Below, piece by piece: positions 38,735 through 50,664 of a stretch of DNA of 64,000 nucleotides. Position 1 is the stretch's first letter, and the number at the start of each line of letters is the position of its first letter. The translations under genes and the position numbers were made by a program. The notes under the pieces were generated by a model. That model was not told the DNA's origin, made no database searches, and saw only the letters and a program-made list of their open reading frames with translations. Origin of the DNA: Rhynchobatus australiae (lineage: Eukaryota); assembly GCA_034780895.1 (NCBI GenBank), contig JAUZTB010000001.1:72464337-72528336 (forward strand), read 5' to 3'.

Positions 38735-39190
38735 AGGCCTGTTGCTATGTAACATTAGGGGACCGTGTGGGACCATCACTGTGTTATTCTGAGGTACAAT
38801 AATGGTGGGTGCAGATCTGTCATGAACATCTGGGAATCCACTGCTGAGGAAGAATGCCATAGTTTACAATATCAGATGGTGCAATACATGTAGATGCACG
38901 TCTGCCATAGCTTGACCTGGGGAAATGACTGGTGGGCATGTAGGTCACAATTTACATATTGACAGGTATAGGTCTCTCACTCTATAATTATGGTACAGAG
39001 CTGTGACAGTATAACAGAGTAATCAAACCTTGTGGTTAGAGGTCTGATGTGCAGTTCATTTCTGGAGGGCACAGATCTGGCATTGTGTAACACCAGATTT
39101 AGCTCTGAAAGGTACAGATCTGTAAAACACAGTAAGCCATTACCAGTGGATGGTGATTAACACTGGAATGTGATACAGCAGGGATTTGGG
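38735..39190 (-). repeat. Highly degenerate ~41-bp minisatellite, reverse orientation
   Basis: ggtgggtgcagatctgtca, ggtataggtctctcactctataa, gggcacagatctggcattgtgtaacac and ggtacagatctgt units. Confidence 0.55.
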
Positions 39191-39204
39191 TGAGTTTCTG
39201 TAAT

Positions 39205-39605
39205 AAAGAGCATGTTGGAAATACTCAGCAGGTCAGGCAGCGTCTGGAGAAAGAAACAGAGTCAAAGCGCCAGCTCAGTGAACTTTCATCAGAACTGGAG
39301 CAACAAACACTCCACTGGAGGGACTCAGGGGGTCGAGCAGCATCTGTGGGGTGGGGAAAGGAACTGTTGAGGTTTTGGCTTGAAACCCTGCATCAGGAGG
39401 GTTGTTCCAGCAGAGTGTGTGCTGCTCCAGATTCCAGAACCTGCAGAATCTTGTGTCTCTGCCTTTCATCAGAAGTTTCTGGGTCCAGATGAAGGATCTC
39501 CCCAAAACATCGACTGTCTATTTCCTTCCACAGATGCTGCCTGAACCTTGAGTTACCCCAGCTCCTTGTTGCTCCAGCTTCCAGCACCTGCAGTCTCTTG
39601 TGTCT
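39205..39605. mobile_element. Nested palindromic non-autonomous repeats
   Basis: Outer arms (actcagcaggtcaggcagcgtctg ... cagatgctgcctgaaccttgagtt) enclose a second copy (acactccactggagggactcag ... ttccagcagagtgtgt). ctttcatcagaa is duplicated at about 39283 and 39463. Confidence 0.65.
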
Positions 39606-39828
39606 GTGCTTCAGTGCTGGTGGGGCAGCTGTGTCCCAGGGAGAGAAAAAAATTGAGGATTTACTTTAGGAGAAATCTACAAGGTGCATGACATATCTTT
39701 AGTAAATTTGCACACCAATGCATTACTATCAAACTTCTGTTAGTTGCACATTGATAGCATTAATGCACATTTATCTGCAGCCTATCCAACCACCAGTAAT
39801 GGGATCAGTGCAATTGATGAAGATACTT

Positions 39829-39834
39829 TTTATT
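39829..39834 (-). promoter_or_regulatory. Polyadenylation signal of the minus-strand microprotein gene
   Basis: tttatt on + reads AATAAA on -, about 410 nt after the predicted stop codon. Confidence 0.6.
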
Positions 39835-40241
39835 ATTTGTGCACAGGAAGAGGCAGTTGTTTGACAATCTTGGAGCTTCTTTCAGGGAGCAATAAGAGAT
39901 GAAAGACATCTATTTAAGAAGCTAAGCTCTGAAGCTATCTTATGACAGACATCATTAGAAGGAAAGACAAGAAGAGAATCAGGAGACAATCCTTGCCTGC
40001 TGTGGTTACGTTTGAACAGTAATTAACAGTGACACGTTAACCTTACACTTGGTATAAACTTATTCAGGAAGTCTTCTAAGAGAAAAGAAAATCAGAATTC
40101 TGCCAGTAATCAGACAACCCCACATACCATTACACCTAAAGGTAACATTTCCAAGGTAAATGATGCTCAGTAGTCCATGGACCTTCCACATTGATAGGGG
40201 CAATGTCAGTTAAGGGTATGGTCCTCAACCATTGCTCCTGT

Positions 40242-40250
40242 TCACTTCAT
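40242..40250 (-). CDS. Microprotein gene, last coding exon (M-K-stop, then 3' UTR)
   Basis: Minus strand reads tgtcccttgctcttttctag|ATG AAG TGA. Strong pyrimidine tract, phase 0 matching the upstream donor, and AATAAA downstream. Confidence 0.6.
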   Translation of the reverse strand: MK

Positions 40251-40289
40251 CTAGAAAAGAGCAAGGGACAGTGATTAGCAAGCGGTGAC

Positions 40290-41050
40290 AAAAACAGAGA
40301 ATACTGGAAACGCTCATCAGGTAGCAGGCAGTAGGAGGAGGAGAAACGCTGTTAATGTTTCAGGTCGAAAGCCTTTGTCAGAACTGGGAAGGAGAGGAAA
40401 CAAGTTTGTTGTAAGTCGCATGGGGGGTGAAGGGAAGTATGGTGGGATAAAGGGAATATCTCTGATGGACTGAGGCTCAAGCGGCTGTGGGGATAAGCTG
40501 GGGCAGTTAGAGGGTGACGTGTTGCAACTAGTTGGTCAGGGTGTGCTAACGGAGAGGCGAAATAGAATACAAACAAAACTGGGCCAATATCACAGAAATG
40601 AAAGTGGCTATTTCTGCTATTGATAGAGAAAGTGAGTTTCAAGTAGCTGTAGAATTCAATATTGAGCCCAGAGGCTCACCGTGAACCCAGAGAGAACATG
40701 AGGTGTCGTTTCCCGAGCTTGCATTAGCTTCGTTGTGACAATGCCACAGATAGTCAGGTCAGAGTGGGAGAAGGATGGACAGTTGAAATGGCAGGCAACT
40801 GGAAGCTCAGGGCCACTCTTGTGTTCTGAAGACATATGCTCTGCAAAACCTTCACCCAGTTTGTGTTTGGTGTCTCTAGTGTAGAGGTGGCCATGTTATG
40901 AACACCGAATGCAGTGCACTAGATTGGGAGAAGTGCAAGTGAATCACTGCTTCACCTGGAAGGACTGTTTGTGTCCCTGGATGGTCAGAGGGGAAGACGT
41001 GAGAGAGCAGGTACTGTGTCCTCTGCAGTTGCATGGGATATTGAAGTAAG
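40290..41050 (-). mobile_element. Penelope-like element, degraded GIY-YIG region and terminal repeat (intronic)
   Basis: ORF 40944..41153 ends TIQGHKQSFQVKQ. ELPVACHFN follows (gttgaaatggcaggcaactggaagctc on +). Homologous to 7990-8480. Confidence 0.7.
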
Positions 41051-41241
41051 ATGGGGAATGGTTGTTAGGGAAGGAAGAGCAGGCCAGGGGTTTTGGATCA
41101 AGAGCAGACCAATGCCAATAAATGTTGCTTGGCTTTGTCATAAGTACCCACATCCCAAAGCAATGAGCAAATAAATAAAAATAATCCTTGAAAATCTAAG
41201 GAGAAAGAATTTGCTCTAGTAAAAGTGCAACAATCACTTAC

Positions 41242-41453
41242 GTTTCCATGTGACAGCCCACAACTGTTTTGCGTTCCTCCGGGACCACAGCCATGAGATT
41301 TCTGTTGGCTACTGCCACCACCATGGCACTCCCTGTTGCCTTGGTGCCCACAACCTCCACACTGCTTAGGCTTATGTTTTTTCCCCTGCGATTCATCGTT
41401 AGCATGGGGATGACATCCTTCATGATCGGGATGTTCCATCTTCTGACCCTGAC
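41242..41453 (-). CDS. Microprotein gene, main coding exon (212 nt), Gly/His/Cys/Gln/Lys-rich
   Basis: Acceptor ttttacacttcactttcctcgtaaacag| and consensus donor AAC|gtaagtg, phase 1/0. Encodes GQGQKMEHPDHEGCHPHANDESQGKKHKPKQCGGCGHQGNRECHGGGSSQQKSHGCGPGGTQNSCGLSHGN. Confidence 0.72.
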
Positions 41454-41819
41454 CTGTTTACGAGGAAAGTGAAGTGTAAAAGTTGTGGTATCCGATTGTG
41501 TCTGCACTGGGCACTGTGTATGGGCGAGTGACAGACCTCTGTCCCAGTCAGAATGCCTCATTGCACAGGTCGATGGATTGCTCAATGCACTGCAGCCACC
41601 ACTGGGTCAATGCATTGTTCCGGCATGCAGAAGAAAGCATACCACGCAACCAGTGAGTACAGACTATATCTTATAGTTGGCATTACAGAAGGATAAAGAA
41701 ATCACATGAAACCAATACCCCACAATCAGCCCTTTGAAGAAGTATAGCCTGGAAAATCAGGATACTGTATGTATCAGACACTCCACCCCCTTCATTCTAC
41801 AGCAGTTCAGTGATATCAC

Positions 41820-42015
41820 AGAGAAGCAGAGCACAGAAACAGGCCCTTCGGCCCACTAAGTCCATGCCGACCATCATTCACCCATTTACACCAATCCCAC
41901 ATTAATCCCATTTTCTATCCTCCCCATATTCTCATCAACTCCTCCCCCCCCCTCCAAATTCTACTACTCATCCACACCCTGGGGGAAATTTGCCAGTGGA
42001 CAATTAACCTACCAA
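41820..42015 (-). mobile_element. V-domain SINE, 3' half (intronic)
   Basis: acagaaacaggcccttcggcccac...caattaacctaccaa, matching the 34450 and 57315 copies. Confidence 0.75.
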
Positions 42016-42178
42016 TCCTTAAGCCTGGGATCAGAAAGGTAACATACCATCATGGAAGCTCACGTGCCCTAAGGTGCTGGGCATTCCCCAACTAAAGTGG
42101 CTTCTACAGTCCCAATCAACAGGAACTTGGTCTTGGTGATGAATGGTAAGGTGAATTCGATTGAAAATGGAATCTTAC

Positions 42179-42191
42179 CTGGTTCACACAT
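42179..42191 (-). CDS. Microprotein gene, first coding exon (ATG TGT GAA CCA G; whole exon 42179-42210)
   Basis: Minus strand reads ttctgctttatttcag|CTGACCATCACTCTTGAGG ATG TGT GAA CCA G|gtaagat. There is an A at -3, an in-frame TGA upstream of the ATG, and a phase 1 donor matching the next exon. Confidence 0.68.
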
Positions 42192-42265
42192 CCTCAAGAG
42201 TGATGGTCAGCTGAAATAAAGCAGAAATGGGACATTAGCAGTATAATCACACAAACCCTTCATAG

Positions 42266-42550
42266 AAAGGAGGAGAGGGGAAGGAAAGTGGGAGGGAGAA
42301 AGAGGAGGAAGGAAGGAAAGAGGGGGGAGAGGGAGGGAGGAATAAGGTGGGAGGGAGGGAGGAAAAAAGCAAGACAGAAACAAGGAGGGTGGAGAAGTGG
42401 GAGTGAAGGAGAAGGTGTGTGGGACCAAAGAGGAGGGGAGCAAGAGTGGAGGAGCAGGATAAGAAAAAGGAGGAAGGGATGGAGGAGGGAGGCAGCAGGA
42501 GAGAGGAGGGTAGAAGGATCGAGTGAGCACAAGGGTAGAGAGGGAGCGAT
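42266..42550. repeat. GA-rich low-complexity purine tract
   Basis: About 280 bp composed mostly of G and A. Confidence 0.85.
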
Positions 42551-43472
42551 GAGCGGACAGATTGCATTCTGTCTTGCCTGTGCAATATCAGTACAGGGTA
42601 CTCTCAGCCTGGGCTCCTAACCAATTGTGATCAAACCTCAGGCCAGACCAGAGCTGAAAGGCCACAAGACTCCAGCCACCATGTCACCTGATGTCAGCAG
42701 TCAGTGCTGTTGGCAAAGTCATACAAGCTATGCCCACAGCCAACACCGCCTGCTCCTTATGCATGAAGTAATGCAGAGTCACCAACATGTACTTCAACGT
42801 ATAAAGGACTAGAAGAAGACTGACGATTTATAAAACATGGAAGATAAATAAATCATTAATCAGCATAGATAATGAAGAGTTAACCAGCGTGGTGGAGAAG
42901 GGATAGACTAATGTTTATCAAGAACCTTTTATCCCATCAGTAAACACCCATTAAATATATATTCACTGCCTGTCCTTTGATGGTGTGGGTTCAAATCACT
43001 AACATTAACACAAAGCAGGTGTTGAAGAAAACTGGAAATCAGCGGGAGAATCTTATAACACAAGGAGAACTTGCAGCCTGTGCTGGCTGCTTGGGAGATT
43101 CCAGTCCCACAACTCCTATGGCAGAAGCATGAAAAATGCTAGAAATTCACAGCAAGGATAATTAGCTCTGAGGAAGAGGAGAAAGTTTCATCAGACCATC
43201 ACCCAGTGTCCTTTCATCAAGTCATCATTCACACTACAGTCAAGACTCTGCATTGGAACCTCTGGCATCCAAACCTTTTATTTCCTTTTCCACAAACTGG
43301 CAGAGCTCCTGCATATTTTCAGCTGTTTGTCTTTGGATGTCTGGTCACCTGATTTAAACCCTAGAACTCCTTCCCTAACAGCACTCTGGCGGGCCCTCAC
43401 AGAAACACTGCAGCAGTTTACGGCAGTGATTCGAAACCACCTTCCTGAAGGCAACAAGCGCTGGCTGTGTCA

Positions 43473-43473
<1 letters not shown>

Positions 43474-43546
<73 letters not shown>
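43474..43546. repeat. (CA)n microsatellite running into an assembly gap
   Basis: Directly visible. Confidence 0.95.
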
Positions 43547-46500
43547 NNNNNNNNNNNNNNNNNNNNNNNNNNNNNNNNNNNNNNNNNNNNNNNNNNNNNN
43601 NNNNNNNNNNNNNNNNNNNNNNNNNNNNNNNNNNNNNNNNNNNNNNNNNNNNNNNNNNNNNNNNNNNNNNNNNNNNNNNNNNNNNNNNNNNNNNNNNNNN
43701 NNNNNNNNNNNNNNNNNNNNNNNNNNNNNNNNNNNNNNNNNNNNNNNNNNNNNNNNNNNNNNNNNNNNNNNNNNNNNNNNNNNNNNNNNNNNNNNNNNNN
43801 NNNNNNNNNNNNNNNNNNNNNNNNNNNNNNNNNNNNNNNNNNNNNNNNNNNNNNNNNNNNNNNNNNNNNNNNNNNNNNNNNNNNNNNNNNNNNNNNNNNN
43901 NNNNNNNNNNNNNNNNNNNNNNNNNNNNNNNNNNNNNNNNNNNNNNNNNNNNNNNNNNNNNNNNNNNNNNNNNNNNNNNNNNNNNNNNNNNNNNNNNNNN
44001 NNNNNNNNNNNNNNNNNNNNNNNNNNNNNNNNNNNNNNNNNNNNNNNNNNNNNNNNNNNNNNNNNNNNNNNNNNNNNNNNNNNNNNNNNNNNNNNNNNNN
44101 NNNNNNNNNNNNNNNNNNNNNNNNNNNNNNNNNNNNNNCTCTACCCCACGCGCCCGTCGCTGTCCCCCTTGTCTCTATCTCTCTCTCTCTCTCTCTCTCT
44201 CGATAAACAAGGAAGTCACACACTGTGTCTATTTTTAAGCTTGGACACATAAAACTTATTTTTGACTGAGTCAATCCCATGAAAATATTTCTTGCTTTTG
44301 TTTGGTGCCATTTTGTCTCCTGGTTACACCTCTGTGTTGGTGCTTTAGGACATTTCATAATGTTAAAGATGTTTCTTCAAGCAGAGTCTTGATTCAACAG
44401 TACACTTTTTTATATTGAAGCTCTTCATTGCCTCACTCTCTATAACCTTCCCCAGGCCAAAACCCACCCTGGTCCCTACCTTCCTACAATTTTGATCCCC
44501 TATCCACAACCCTACATCTTTCTGTTCCATCATTAGCAGCTGTGCCTTCGATTGCTGGACTTTAAACTCTGGTAATCTTTGCATAATATCTTGCCTCTTC
44601 TCACTGCTCCTTAAATCCTACCTCTTTGTTCAAGCCTTTAGTCACCAGGCCTAATATCATCTTGCATAGCTTGAAGTTCAATTTTATCTGAGGATGCTCC
44701 TATGAAGAACCTTGAGATGTCTAACTATGTTCAAAGCTTTAGATGCAAGTTATTGTTGTTCTTACATTGATATTATTTGTTGCAGTCAGCACAATCCAAG
44801 CAGATTCTATTAAGAGTTGCACCACTTTGTGTACAGTTCCCAGCTCCATGTTACATCTTTGTGATGTGATTCAGACTTCCCGGGAAGGACAAAGGTTTCA
44901 TTCTGTTTTTTCAAGTGAGGGCCACACCAAGTTCAGCTGAGCAACCAAATTGCCTTCAGTCAGTCAAGCCATGAAGCCCGCAGGTAAATCTTCTTTTCAA
45001 CTGCCCAGGGAAGGTGGGATCAAAATTCCGCATCCATTATTTTCAAAAAGTAGCAAGATTTACATATTTATTGCATGTTCACATGTGCCAGGAGCTGGAC
45101 CACACGCAACCCAAAATGGCCTTCTGCCTTCAATCCCAGGTTGCACTCACTGGGCATTCCTGCTGGCCCAAAACTCACTAGTGAAAAGATTGGTGAACTA
45201 TTGTGTAATCCACAATTAGTTATGGCCCATTAGAGACTATAATGAATTTGGACTGATATTAATTACAGCCTCGCACTGATTCTTCTGTTCCTTAAATACT
45301 TCTTATATTTGCTTTGGCCTCTCAGCACTTCAAACTTTAAGACTCGCAGAGTCATGGAGTAATACAGCACAGAAACAGGCCCTTCCACACCAACTCCCCC
45401 CCCCCATCCATGCTAGTCCCACATTAACTGTGCTTTTATCCCTCTCGGCCCTCTGTTTATAACCATAGATTGTCTCTTCGACACAAGCCATAAACAAAAT
45501 ATTTAAAATGCCCACTGAGCATTTTAATGTACCCTTGCACAATCTCAGGGCATCCCACAGAGCTGTACGACAAATGAAGTGCTTCTCCGAGGTGCATTTG
45601 TCGTTAAAATGCGGCAGCTCGTTTGTGCACAGCAAGCCCCCAACATCAGATTACATGAAGATTTGATTTCGGTGATGTTTGTTGAGTAATTAGTATTGGT
45701 TGGAATGTCAGGGGCAACACCCTGAATTCTTCTTCCAAACAGGTTGTTCACAGTTACCTGACAGCCCAGTCGGGACCTTGGGTACTTTCAGATGATGACA
45801 TATACTGAAGCAGAGCTCTTCCTCACCACCAGTTAGACTGCTACCATGGATTTTTTTTTGTGCACATATCCCTGGAGTAGGGCTTGACCCCACAGACTTC
45901 AGAAGCCAGAGTGAACCACTAACTGAGCTCCAATGACAAGGTTGTGTCTGCTCATTCCCCGCCATGCCTCTGCTGCTCTTCCCACCTTTAATCTTGTTTC
46001 TTTTATCAGCGCCCCTACTGCATCTTCCTTGTATCCGATATTTCACCTTTCATTTCTCCCCTGCCCCGCTTCAATCCCCACTCTAATAGGTCACTGATCC
46101 TTGATCAGCCAGCTCTCCCAGACTTCAATCCTATATGGAGAGGTCCTTGACTGCAACCTTTCCAACTTCCTCCATAGGACCGTCCTTGAGACCTCCAGCC
46201 CATACCCTATCCTCCCTACTGCCGTCACTCCTCTTCAGTGTTCCTGCCAGGGGAGGATCATCCTGCCCTCTATTGTCCTCTTGCACTTCCATCAACAACA
46301 ACAAAGCTTCCTCCCACCTCCCCGCACAGAGTAAGTTCCCTAGCATATATGGCCTTTTCCCAACTGTGTCCTTATTGTGGCTACAATGATCTGTTCGTGG
46401 ATTCCTTGTTATTGGACCTTTGCCACAATAGGTCAGACCACCCAAACCTCTCGCACTTCCAGGCTCTCTGGTGTCCTCCTCGGCCACTTCTGGGCTTCAG

Positions 46501-46888
46501 CCTCCTCATTGCGGAGATTAGCAGATATTTAGATTGTGAATCATGGCAATAATGCGAGTAAGTGGAAATGAGGTAGCAGATCAGCCATGAGCTTATGAAT
46601 GGCATTACAGGTGCAACAGGGCTGAATGGCCCATTCAGGAGGACAAGGCATAAAGTGTTAAACCTGATGAAAGATGGGAAGAAGGATATCTCAGCGACTC
46701 AAAGAGCACTTTGCAGGAAAAGGGCCCAGAACAAGTTGAGCTACTCAAAAGAGGAGACAGAGCAACGTGTCATCAACTGCAAAGTTTCAGTGGGTCAGAT
46801 GGTGGAAACCATACACAAGCAGGGAGGCTTCAGTGAAGGGACACTCGTGAGTGCAGCCTCACCGAAACTGTGAGATAAACTGTATAGC

Positions 46889-47252
46889 ATTTGTAACTGA
46901 GTTGCAGAAAAGAGAGGAAAAATTGTGGAAGTTTTGCTTCTATTATTTATGTTCTCTGGGCCAATCCTACTATTTGCCCAGACCCCAGACACACCAGATT
47001 GTGCAGCAACTCCACAGACTAAACCAATCAATGAATTGCAGTGCACCAATGGATGTCCATACAGAACGGAGACTGGTTACTCAGATAGAATACTCCACAT
47101 GAATGGTTTTAAGGGCATGATTTAAGTAAGTGTAAAAAAGTGTTTGTGCTTTAAGCTGTTTGTCCTCCAGAAATGAATATGCCTACCAATTTTTACAAAC
47201 TGTGGAAAACTTCCACAATTTTTCCTCTCTTTTCTGCAACTCAGTTACAAAT
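46889..47252. repeat. Perfect 47-bp inverted repeat (46889-46935 and 47206-47252)
   Basis: atttgtaactgagttgcagaaaagagaggaaaaattgtggaagtttt and its exact reverse complement. The second arm ends at an N gap. Confidence 0.9.
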
Positions 47253-48933
47253 NNNNNNNNNNNNNNNNNNNNNNNNNNNNNNNNNNNNNNNNNNNNNNNN
47301 NNNNNNNNNNNNNNNNNNNNNNNNNNNNNNNNNNNNNNNNNNNNNNNNNNNNNNNNNNNNNNNNNNNNNNNNNNNNNNNNNNNNNNNNNNNNNNNNNNNN
47401 NNNNNNNNNNNNNNNNNNNNNNNNNNNNNNNNNNNNNNNNNNNNNNNNNNNNNNNNNNNNNNNNNNNNNNNNNNNNNNNNNNNNNNNNNNNNNNNNNNNN
47501 NNNNNNNNNNNNNNNNNNNNNNNNNNNNNNNNNNNNNNNNNNNNNNNNNNNNNNNNNNNNNNNNNNNNNNNNNNNNNNNNNNNNNNNNNNNNNNNNNNNN
47601 NNNNNNNNNNNNNNNNNNNNNNNNNNNNNNNNNNNNNNNNNNNNNNNNNNNNNNNNNNNNNNNNNNNNNNNNNNNNNNNNNNNNNNNNNNNNNNNNNNNN
47701 NNNNNNNNNNNNNNNNNNNNNNNNNNNNNNNNNNNNNNNNNNNNNNNNNNNNNNNNNNNNNNNNNNNNNNNNNNNNNNNNNNNNNNNNNNNNNNNNNNNN
47801 NNNNNNNNNNNNNNNNNNNNNNNNNNNNNNNNNNNNNNNNNNNNNNNNNNNNNNNNNNNNNNNNNNNNNNNNNNNNNNNNNNNNNNNNNNNNNNNNNNGA
47901 AACATCGACAATTCCTTTCCCCCCCCCACAGATGCTGATCAACTAGCTGAGCTTCTTCAGCAGTTTCTTCGTGTCTCCAGATTCCAGTATCTGCAGTCTC
48001 TTGAGTCTCAGTTTGATTCTCCCTCTCCCTGGCTAGGGTCACTGAGGCCAAGTCTCTGACTTAAGTGAATACATTCTCAAGAAACAATTGTCTATCCCCA
48101 GGTGGTAATGGTGTAATAACTCCATGACAGCAGCAACCCTTAGTTCAGACAAAGGGTTGCACACCCCAGGAGCTTTTTCCAGCCGATGCTACCTGACTTG
48201 CTAAGTTTTTCCAGCATCTTCTGTTTTTGTTTCAGATTTCCAGCATCTGCAGGTTTTTCGATTTCTATCCTGTTACTTATATAATTTCTCGACCAGTGCA
48301 GTCCCACATGCTAACCACAAGCTACATGCAACCTTTTTGAATCTAGATGTGACTAACTGCATTACCTAATTGGTCACTCAAGATCAGATATCATTGTGTG
48401 TGTGATCTCAGTCCTGGCTTAAATTAGACTGTGCAAATGAATCTTTTGTTCCTTTGTCAGCAAAAATAACATCATGAAAAATTGTGTGTGATTGTTTCTT
48501 GTCTTTAGCCACTTTTACAAGCAATTCATATGTAGTTATAGTGGCTTCACGGCCCTTTCAGAAAATGCCAAAGCATTTTTAAGACAAAGCGTTTCTTTCG
48601 CAGTCTCTGTTGTAGTAAATTTACTGCATGGTGTAAATTCAGTTCAGTATTGGGGAAGTGCTTCACTGACAACCAAGAAATTAAAACCACCTACCCACTG
48701 AGATGCACATAAAAGGTCCTTCCACTGTCTCAAAGAGCAAAAGACATCTCCCCAGTGCCTTACCCAATGTCTATCCCTCAACCAAAATCATTAAAAGCAG
48801 ATCACATGGCCATTCTTTTGTTGTTTTTGCAGAAGGTTGCAATATCCAAAAGGGCAGATGCATTTTCTTCATTCCAGACCTAATTATTCACTGGGTTTTG
48901 CAATGCAGCTTAGAATATTCNNNNNNNNNNNNN

Positions 48934-49745
48934 GTATGCAGTTTTGGTCTCCTTGTTCAAGGGAGCGATATACATGCAGCGGAAGCAGTACAGAGAAGAC
49001 CCATTGGGATAAAGGGGTTGACATTGAGGAACAATTGAGCAAGCTGGGTCTATGCTCATTGGCCTTCAGAATAAATAGGAGCTGATCTTACCAAAGCTTT
49101 AAATTCTGAGAGGGATGATACCAAGAGGATGTTTCCCAAAGTGGGGGAATCCAGAAGTAGGAGGCATAGTTTCAGAATTTCCATTAGTTTTCAGTGTTTC
49201 CACCAGTCAGGGAATCTCAAACCAGGGGACATAGTAACAAGATTAGGGCGGGGGCAGTGATTTAAAACTGAGGTGCTTGAGAATTTCTTCTTACAGAGGG
49301 TGTTGAATCTCTGGAATTCACCATCCTGGTGGTTGTGGAGCCGAGATCATTGGAGGTATTCAAAGAGGAGGTAGATAAATATTTGCAAGATCAGGGAATT
49401 GAGGGCTAAAGGGAACTTGCAAAGAATTGAGGCCTGAGGAGGTGCAGCCACTGAATGACAGGCTGAGTGGCCTTTCCCTGCTTCTGCTTTCTTATGTGCT
49501 TTTGAATGAGGGATCACCCAAGTAAGATGGAAATAAGGAATTTCTTCTCTCAGAGGGTTGTGAATCTTTGGAATTCCCCACTGCATAGAGCTGTAGGAGT
49601 AAATATATTCAAGGATGAGGTAAATGGATTTTTGATCTGTAGGGGAAGGGGGGGGTCAAGGATTAGAGGTCAGAAAATGAAACTGAGGCCAAGATCATCG
49701 AATGGTGGACCACACTTGCAGGACCACATGGGCTACTTATCCTCT
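48934..49745 (+). mobile_element. Tandem CR1 LINE 3' fragments
   Basis: MQFWSP at 48936. The NFF.QRV.NLWNS motif occurs twice (about 49280 and 49540), each followed by a CR1 3' UTR. Confidence 0.85.
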
Positions 49746-50664
49746 GATGTCTTACTCTTTAGAGTTAGGATCAAAATCTTTTTATTGGGTGTGGTTGTTT
49801 TTGCTAAAATTAATACTGGGGCTAAGGGGACTTTCCACAGCTACACTATGGTTTATCAGCAACTTCTACTGTAATACACTGATCAAGACATTCAGGTAAA
49901 ACCAGCCTTGGATTCAAAACTAAAAAGATCCAGAAGATAAATTTGGCATTTCTTTGTTTGGCATAATTGAAAAATATACCACTGTGGCCCATGATAAGTA
50001 CATGAATGAAAACAATTCTGACATTACATAATCATTTGTTGATCTATTTTCATGCAGGCTAATTGTAGAATCATAGAATCCCAAAAGCGCACATGAAGAC
50101 CATTGAGGCCATTGTTTCCATGGTGGTGACTTTGTAGACTGGTCCAATTATCCCCACTTCCTCAGACCCTCCAAGCCCAATCCTTCTACCATGNNNNNNN
50201 NNNNNNNNNNNNNNNNNNNNNNNNNNNNNNNNNNNNNNNNNNNNNNNNNNNNNNNNNNNNNNNNNNNNNNNNNNNNNNNNNNNNNNNNNNNNNNNNNNNN
50301 NNNNNNNNNNNNNNNNNNNNNNNNNNNNNNNNNNNNNNNNNNNNNNNNNNNNNNNNNNNNNNNNNNNNNNNNNNNNNNNNNATGTCCAGGATTTTATATT
50401 TTTATTTGATATGTCCAGCTTCTGCTGTAATTCGTTTTTGTATTCCATTAGCCTTTTGAGAAAAGGACAAAATGGGTTCTGACTTCAACCATCTGAACCG
50501 AGAAAGCTCACCTTAAACATTAGCTCAGTCTCTCTATTCACAGGTGCTGTGTGTCCTGTTAAGTGTTTCCAGAATGTTCTGCCTTGTTTCAGATTTCCAT
50601 TATTAGCAGTATTTTGTTTCCCTTTTGATCAGTGAGAAGAAAGGATCTTTATTTGAATGGGGTC

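Noticed and set aside
41238-41585. Alternative minus-strand frame (MSNPST...CHMET) over the microprotein exon
   Set aside because: It starts in intronic sequence and is out of phase with the ATG-bearing upstream exon. The His/Cys/Gly frame fits both splice phases.
43327-44358. Long ORFs containing X runs and HT/CV repeats (also at 13321-13793, 47160-48059 and 53396-54373)
   Set aside because: They are open only because they cross N gaps or (CA)n microsatellites.
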